DNA of 56,890 nt, filler included, from Squatina squatina (Eukaryota): assembly GCA_031763465.1 (NCBI GenBank). It is 4 parts of 4 records of this genome, joined end to end, with 100 filler letters (N's around TTAATTAATTAA, not from the genome) between each part and the next. Parts side by side here need not be neighbours in the genome. Positions count along the whole stretch, not along the records: positions 42,494 to 56,890 come from JARFOE010000016.1; 3 more parts are not named here. One strand, written 5' to 3'. Within the stretch, counting starts at the first letter, position 1. The number at the start of each line of letters is the position of its first letter. The notes beneath the pieces are model-generated. The model was not told the origin of the DNA. It ran no database searches and saw only the letters and a program-made list of their open reading frames with translations. Both the position numbers and the translations under genes were made by a program. Below are positions 49,300 through 56,890 of the stretch, piece by piece.

Positions 49300-52200
49300 N
49301 NNNNNNNNNNNNNNNNNNNNNNNNNNNNNNNNNNNNNNNNNNNNNNNNNNNNNNNNNNNNNNNNNNNNNNNNNNNNNNNNNNNNNNNNNNNNNNNNNNNC
49401 CTGAACGTTCCTAAGCTGTACTAATGGGAGGCAAAATGTATATACTATTCTATTTCCAATTTGTTGACATCTCTCAACTTGAAAGGTCAAAAAAAATACT
49501 TATAAATGGAAAAAAAATCTATTTTCACCGTTCAGTCTTTCTTGTAGAAAACAGTCAGATCCAACTGTTGGTTCAATCTCCGAGGGACACGCAGTAGGAA
49601 ACTTCACATTCAATACTAAGCTCCCAGCGGGAATCACAGTGATAGAATTAGCTTCAGTGCACAAGGTGTGAGACCGTGACAAGCGTAAGAATGCTTCCTG
49701 TTAACACAGTGCCATCAAGTTAATGAGGGCGTGATGGCTCCCTTCGTCTTTTGTATCACATTTTTGGCTTTGTGAACGACTTAAGCTGACTGAGATCAGG
49801 ACAGCCGTATCAAAAATAAGGTTAGAATTCACTGATCTTAAATAATCAGACTAATTGGTATAATTTTATTCTGCTTTAATGAATCCTTTATCTCCTTCTC
49901 TGTTGAGAGCAGGGAGCTCCTGCTGAGATACAGTTCCACAGGCATTGACATCCCTTCAGTACTTCACCCCAAGTGGCCCTACTTTATAGCTAAGCTTGGA
50001 CAAGAAAGTGTCAGCGGGCTGTTTGATCACTGCAAGAACATCACATTGACAACAATTTTTTCTGTCCAATTTTGATTTACTGACTGTCCCTTTAGGTGTC
50101 AGTCATAGCAACTTAACCAAAAACAACTNNNNNNNNNNNNNNNNNNNNNNNNNNNNNNNNNNNNNNNNNNNNNNNNNNNNNNNNNNNNNNNNNNNNNNNN
50201 NNNNNNNNNNNNNNNNNNNNNNNNNNNNCACGATTAGCCCCGGCATACCAATAGGTTCCCAGGCACAGTGGAGAAGCGTGTCATTCATAACCAGGTACAA
50301 TGTCACCTCTTCCATCTTTAATAAAGCCCCACTTGGATTCACATGCATTATCATTCAGAGGGAAATAAAAGCGGAACAATAATAAACTGAATCCAAGGTC
50401 ATTCAAAGCAAACACCCTCCCTAATTACTGACAGCCCTTAAGAACTCTGCCTTGGGAAGATTAAAAGATAATAAGAGCTTATTACGGTCTTTCTGATATG
50501 CTGTATTGATCTCATCGGGACTAACTGCTGTTTCAGTAGGTGTGGAGCTGTTTAAATTAATGTCTGCTTTCCCTCATTATAGTTCATAACCGTGGAGCTT
50601 TCTGTTTTATGCGGAGAGCTGTTTTGAATATTTATGACCTCGACTTGCTTCCATTTAGAGAAGTGCAGTTCTATCAGGCAGTTCCCCTGAAGCTGGCTCC
50701 TGACTTTAGACCAGTGATTGTACACAGAGAAGGGGTGGTAGGGGGCGTGGGGGAGGGGTACCGTGGGGGAGTCCCNNNNNNNNNNNNNNNNNNNNNNNNN
50801 NNNNNNNNNNNNNNNNNNNNNNNNNNNNNNNNNNNNNNNNNNNNNNNNNNNNNNNNNNNNNNNNNNNNNNNNNNNGGAATTCAGTCCACATTTCCACCAG
50901 TCTGTGGGAGAGGGAATTCAAAAAAAAAATTCCTTCTAATCTCTAGCCTTGCTCGAGGCAGTTTCAATTCATATTCATGTCCTCCCGGTCCTGACAATCG
51001 TGGCCCAAGTTAAATAATTTGCCTCTTCATGAAAGCCGGCGAATCTTTTTTTCCATGACTCTGTGAAATTGACAAGGGTGTTAGTCTCAGCGTGCGCACT
51101 CGCAGACAGAACAAGGTCTTTTGCTGGTGAGACACTTCAAAGAGAACAGCATGCCTTTAAGGATGGGGTTAAGCACTGGTTGCTATGCCTGTAAACACAA
51201 GGGGTTGTGTTTAAGTGCAGATGAACACATCGCTTCCAGGAGGCTGCTCCAATCTCCCACCGCTGAGGCAGGAGGGGGGGATTTGTGATCATTTCGATCA
51301 CTGCCTCTGCAATGTTGGTCCTGCTCTGCTAATTGATCGGCACGGCTTGCTCACAGTTCTGCATTTGCATGCAAATTGTCCTGACGGATGGCGAGGGCTT
51401 GACTAAAGAGGTATCCTGGAAGACAGATGTTGTCCCGTTCCCCAGAACGCTTGACTTGCACCTGAACTGTGAAGCATACTGTGCTCCCAGAGCAACTCAT
51501 GGGCCCGTTACCTGAATACTGGAGAAGAAAAATCATTCAGGAGTTCTGCCCCTGATAACTGGCTAGTGACTCCTGCTAGAAAGTGTTCATATATGAACAT
51601 TGAGTGAGGACAGGTTAAGTTTTTGATGCCTGTCATGAGCAAATGGCCCTGCCAATGCTCTCTGTCTAGGTTCATACATGAAGAATGACTATTTGAGTAA
51701 GTTACTGGAAGGCTGCCAGCAACTATGAAGTCATACCCAAACATGAGCCAAAGCCTTCAGTAAAGCAGGAGAAAACAAATCAGGGGAAAAAATAGAACAG
51801 CCAAAACNNNNNNNNNNNNNNNNNNNNNNNNNNNNNNNNNNNNNNNNNNNNNNNNNNNNNNNNNNNNNNNNNNNNNNNNNNNNNNNNNNNNNNNNNNNNN
51901 NNNNNNNCTTCATGTGCATTTATCCAGCTTTCCCTTAAATGCATAAAACATTTTTTTTTTATTGCAAGAAACCCCTTTAACACGGGAACACAAAAAGGGG
52001 TCTGGGAGCTAAGCAGCTGAAAGTGCATGACAATCTCACTCTCCCCGACATCCTGGGGACCATGTGCCAATTCAGACGAACAAGGTGCCTCCTTGAGTGC
52101 GCACTTCTGCATAAAATCACTCTCGGCGGTAATGAGAAACAGATTGCTCTGGGAAGTTTATTAGTCGAGAGTCAATATCTCATCGCATTTCAAGATGCAG

Positions 52201-53689
52201 ACATTAGCATTTCAAAACAACACTAGCAGCACTTTGCTAACAAACCTCCTACTACCAAACTTCTTGTAGGTAACTCCTGATTAATATGTGCTTAATTCCC
52301 TGCTTGTGCTTGGAGTCAGCACCACTTCTGGTAAATTAGCATATTGCATAAAGATTTTGCGTGTAAGTTTGGCATAAATTATTGCGTCCCTGTTGCATTT
52401 TGAATAACTTGAAGGTTGCCAGAGTGGATTTACAGTTTACTGGAAGGCTAAGTGCTAATTGGGTTGTTCGGTGGCATTAAATCCACACCAATTCTTGAAC
52501 CCTGCTTTGAATCTGGAACAGCGCAGGATAAACAAGTGCTCCCTCTAACGTGCATCAATTTCAGTTGAACTCGGTTCCGGAAATGCCGTCAATAGGCCGG
52601 CAGTGATTGCGTGTGGATCGTGGGCAACTGTGTCTTTCCTCGGTGGGCTTTTAACCATATATAGGAATGTTGTTTCTCTTCTCTGAGGCACACACTGTTG
52701 ATGATTCGATAGCAGTGTATGACCCATTTACATATTAACACTGCCTCATTCCTTCGAGAGACACCTGTTAATATTGTCATCTCTCCAACACTGAGAAAAT
52801 ATGTGATGACAGCCGTCATTCTGCTTGACCGCTATAAATTGGCTCTCTCGTCTTTGAGGGTGCAAAAGAAACNNNNNNNNNNNNNNNNNNNNNNNNNNNN
52901 NNNNNNNNNNNNNNNNNNNNNNNNNNNNNNNNNNNNNNNNNNNNNNNNNNNNNNNNNNNNNNNNNNNNNNNNAACAGTGGCTACACTCCAAGAAGTATTT
53001 CATTGGCTGTAAAGTGCTTTGGGACATCCTGAGGATGAGAAAGGCGCTATAGACATGCATGTCTTGCTTTTTAAAATGCCTCGCTCTGAGAGGATTCATG
53101 ATATTCTGCAGATGTTGTCACATTTAAAGATGGAGCGCATGACATCATTCACCGAGCGAGTCTGTTGTCATCCCTATAATTCAAAAACATCCAACTAAAG
53201 AGAAATTTCATCCGCTCAGAGTTGTGACAACTCCTTCAACATCAGTCCTTCACAGAGACTAAAGGAGTTTTCTTTCTCTCTGCTTCAAGTGCATTACACA
53301 CACAGATATAGCCTTGTGAGAGGTGGGTTGTATTCCATGATATTGGATGTTCAAATCTAAGCTGAGCACTGTGCAACTTCCTGAGTGACAAAGTCCATTC
53401 ACATCTGGTGGTTTTCATTTTTCTGCTCATAAATCTCCACTAAGTAGGAAAAAATTGATTTTGTGAATCGCAGAGTGGGCGCAAATGGCTTGGAAAATGA
53501 TAGACAATAGTCCCTACGTGTCTGTTGTAATGTGACTCCATTTGCAGGACCCCTTTCCACATGCTGCAAAGCCTCAAAGGTTTGGAATGAAATGTTGCTC
53601 CTTGTTCATTTCAATGACAAAATGATAATTACCGGAATACATTGATCTGATACACTGACCTTGAATTAAAAGGTTTTTTTAATATTATC

Positions 53690-54110
53690 AAGTATTTACA
53701 GCACAGAAACAGGCCATCCGGCCCACTGGTCTATGCCGGTGTTTCTGCTCCACACGAGCCTCCTCCCACCCCTCTTCATTTCATCCCATCAGCAAATCCT
53801 TCTATTCCTCTCTCCCTCATCTAGCTTCCCCTTAAATGCATCTATATTATTTGCCTCAACACTCTCTGTGGTAGCAAGTTCCACATTCACACCACTCTCT
53901 GGGTAAAAAAAAATTCTCTCCTGAATTCCCTATTGGATTTATTATGAGACTATCTTATAATTATGACCCCTAGTTTTAGTCTCTCCTACAAGTTACATAA
54001 GAATATAAGAAATAGGAACAGGAGTCGGCCATTTGGCCTCTCGAGCCTGCTCCACCATTCAATAAGAACATCGCCGATCTTCTACCTCAACTCCACTTTC
54101 CCACACGATC
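53690..54110 (-). mobile_element. Two CR1 LINE 3' fragments
   Basis: CAGCACAGAAACAGGCCATCCGGCCC and CATAAGAATATAAGAAATAGGAACAGGAG tails. Confidence 0.7.
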
Positions 54111-54609
54111 TGGGTTATTTAAATGAGCTTGATCCTCTTTCTCCTGAAGATGCTCGAGTCTGTTATTAAANNNNNNNNNNNNNNNNNNNNNNNNNNNNNN
54201 NNNNNNNNNNNNNNNNNNNNNNNNNNNNNNNNNNNNNNNNNNNNNNNNNNNNNNNNNNNNNNNNNNNNNNCGCAACCTTTTGGCTCAGGGACAAAAATAC
54301 TGCCACTGAGCCCAGGCTGACACCTTTAGAAATTTATGGATAACCCATACTGTTCAAAAAAGAGAAGTAGTGAAAAGGTAGAGTGGGTATCATCACAATA
54401 CATATGGCACTGGATGTTGTCACCAAAAGATAGCATTTAGTTGAGGAAGTACAAGGGGCCAAGGAAAGATCTTTTGGAGACTCTGGGATGATAGTGTGGG
54501 GCAGGGGTAGAAGCCATGGCAGAAGATGTGCTTCAGCAGGTAGAAGTAGAATCACATAAATGCAGTCCCACAAATTTAGACAATCTGGAAAAGGTGATGG
54601 AGGAAGAAT

Positions 54610-54917
54610 GCATAGTCAACTGCATCAAACATTATGGTCTGCCTCAGCTCATCTCATGCCAAAACCCTCATCTATGCCTTTGTCACCTCTAGACTGGACT
54701 ATTCCAATGCTCTCCTGGCTGGCCTCCCACCTTGAACCCTCCATAAACTTGAGATCATCCAAAACTCTGCTGACAGTATCATAATTCACACCAAGTCCCG
54801 TTCACCCATCACCTCTGTGCTCGCTGACCTACATTGGCTCCCCAACCGGGAATGGCTTGATTTAAAAATTCTCATCCTTATTACAACAGCTGGCATTTAT
54901 ATTGTTCTCAAATCCAT
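54610..54917 (+). mobile_element. L2 LINE fragment
   Basis: Homologous to 15220-15470 (CTAGACTGGACTATTCCAATGC, LADLHWLP). Confidence 0.8.
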
Positions 54918-55181
54918 CCATGGCCACGTACCTCCCTCCATGGCCATGTACCTCCCTCCATGGCCACGTACCTCCCACCATGGCCACGTACCTCCCACCA
55001 GGGTCATGTACCTCCCTCCATGGACACGTACCTCCCTCCATGGCCACGTACCTCCCACCATGGTCATGTACCTCCCTCCATGGCCACGTACCTCCCACCA
55101 TGGCCACATACCTCCCTCCATGGCCACATACCTCCCTCCATAGCCACGTACCTCCCTATCATGGCCACGTACCTCCCTATC
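54918..55181 (+). repeat. 20-bp minisatellite CCATGGCCACGTACCTCCCW (~13 copies)
   Basis: Period 20 from 54918, runs into a gap. Confidence 0.95.
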
Positions 55182-55289
55182 NNNNNNNNNNNNNNNNNNN
55201 NNNNNNNNNNNNNNNNNNNNNNNNNNNNNNNNNNNNNNNNNNNNNNNNNNNNNNNNNNNNNNNNNNNNNNNNNNNNNNNNNTATGTGGG

Positions 55290-55556
55290 AAGGGGACGGG
55301 GGTTACTCCATTGGGATGGTGTACAATGGGAGGGAATGGGCAGAGGTTTAGTCCATTGGGATTGTGTACAATGGGTGGGAATGGGAAGGGGTTTGATCCA
55401 TTGGGATTGTGTACAATGGGAGGGAATGGGAAGGGGTTTGATCCATTGAGATTGTGTACAATGGGAGGGAATGGGAAGGGGTTTAGTCCATTGGGATTGT
55501 GTACAATAGGAGGGAATGGGAAGGGGTTTAGTCCATTGGGGTTTTATGCAATGGGT
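55290..55556 (+). repeat. 45-bp minisatellite CCATTGGGATTGTGTACAATGGGAGGGAATGGGAAGGGGTTTRRT (~6 copies)
   Basis: CCATTG at 55308, 55353, 55398, 55443, 55488 and 55533. Confidence 0.95.
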
Positions 55557-56502
55557 GTAAACTGGATTACGTTGTCACGCTTCTATCAGGATGTGTTGAT
55601 CAGGCGCTGACTTTGGCTTGTCTTGCAGTGTAACTGATGTCTGCCTCCTTCGATTTAATCAGATGAACAAAACATACTGCCGTGTAAGAAGGAAGAGCTG
55701 CAGTGCGGGAATGGCCTGTGTCTACTCAATTGGCTGCGTTGTCACTACAGAAAGGACTGTGGGAGAGAGTACACCTCCATCAAGTTAATATGTTCAAGTA
55801 GGTTCTGCCTTTGAAACTACATCACAAAGTGTGCACCAGAAACCACCTGCAGTGGTATAAACACTGAATCCAGCCCATTCTGATGACCTTTCTCTTCCTA
55901 TTCCTCCTCCCACTTTCCCCATAAACTCTTTGTTTCGTCTTTTCCAGTTGCTCTCCTCCCTCCCCCCAGTCATCTCCTGAAGGCTTGAGGTTTGCTGAGA
56001 TAGGGTTCCCATGGGTGCCAGTATCTNNNNNNNNNNNNNNNNNNNNNNNNNNNNNNNNNNNNNNNNNNNNNNNNNNNNNNNNNNNNNNNNNNNNNNNNNN
56101 NNNNNNNNNNNNNNNNNNNNNNNNNNAGAAATGCAAATTCCTTCCTTCAGTTAGGATTTGTCTATGCTACACTTGCTCTTGTTGGCTGGGGTATGCACTA
56201 TCTTTCTTTCACAGCTCCTGTCAAATCTTCTGTCAGAAATGAGGGAGTGATAGTTGCTGATGGGATTCTCAGTGGGAGTGTTCAGTGCACTGCCGGATTT
56301 TATTTTGTTTTTCTCGGTCAATGGCAGGATTTCGAATGACAGGAGATCAAAGTGCAGAGTCCCAAATTCTAATGTCAGCTGGGAATACAGTTTAACCTCT
56401 CCACATTTGGTGGACTTAAAAATGTTGGGCAGACTTTGAACACTGACTGTTGTGTTCTTGGCTCCGCTGAAAGCTCACCGCGCACTATCTCTCTTTGTTC
56501 AG

Positions 56503-56712
56503 AGATCCATTCGAACCAGAGCGGTGGCCACAATGGATACCCGCACTACAATGAGAGCAGCAACGATGCCAACCTGCTGGTGTCGCCCCTGGTCGTGGCG
56601 GGCATTGTGATCGGATTGGTCCTCTTCCTCTCCTGCATGACCATCATCGTCGGCAGCCTGAGAAAGGACGGTCGGCTGAGGAACTCTCATCTCACGACCG
56701 AGGCCAGTTACG
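56503..56712 (+). CDS. BEAN1: BEAN1 transmembrane exon (…ESSNDANLLVSPLVVAGIVIGLVLFLSCMTIIVGSLRKD…)
   Basis: Matches human BEAN1 ESSEHSHLLVSPVLVASAVIGVVIILSCITIIVGSIRRD. 210-nt phase 1-1 exon with CAG acceptor and GTGAGT donor. Confidence 0.88.
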
Positions 56713-56890
56713 GTGAGTCCCTTTCACGCTGTAACCGCCTCCTTGGTGCTCAGAGTAGAAACCGCATTGCCGTGCACATCAAAGAACGAGATCCCTCTGT
56801 TGTGGCCCCCGCCCCCCCCCCCACCCTCCCGGCCCCCACACCGGCTCGATAAGTTTACACGCACAGTGCAACATCATCCCCTTGGGGCCC

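Noticed and set aside
54817-55610. Pro/His-rich and PLGLCTMGGNGKGF repeat proteins
   Set aside because: These are translations of two separate minisatellites joined across a gap, open in several frames, with no splice or homology support.

Overview
Vertebrate nuclear DNA, most likely from a cartilaginous fish (shark-type Deu-domain SINEs, CR1/L2 LINEs, Penelope-like and Harbinger elements). It comes from a heavily gapped draft assembly with dozens of 100-N gaps. The window is not one locus. Three artificial 100-bp linkers (44 N + TTAATTAATTAA + 44 N) join four unrelated segments. (1) 1-12986 has TRPM5 exons (-) head-to-head with a KCNQ1 exon (+). (2) 13087-29313 has PAPSS1 (-), SGMS2 (+) and HADH (+), then a CpG-rich spliced region where LEF1 would be expected by human synteny. 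(3) 29414-42393 has SEMA3A exons (+), preceded by an unassigned signal-peptide-like ORF. (4) 42494-56890 is mostly non-coding and ends in a BEAN1 exon (+). Only scattered exons of each gene are present, and several are missing from the ORF track. I find no evidence for a new prokaryote-style system. The most notable observations are a non-canonical AT acceptor at a PAPSS1 exon, minisatellites born from SINE and LINE sequence, a G-quadruplex/SOX-motif 45-bp VNTR near BEAN1, a Harbinger-type MITE family, an unnamed old dispersed repeat and the orphan secreted-protein-like ORF. Gene calls rest on my recall of human protein sequences, not on database searches.
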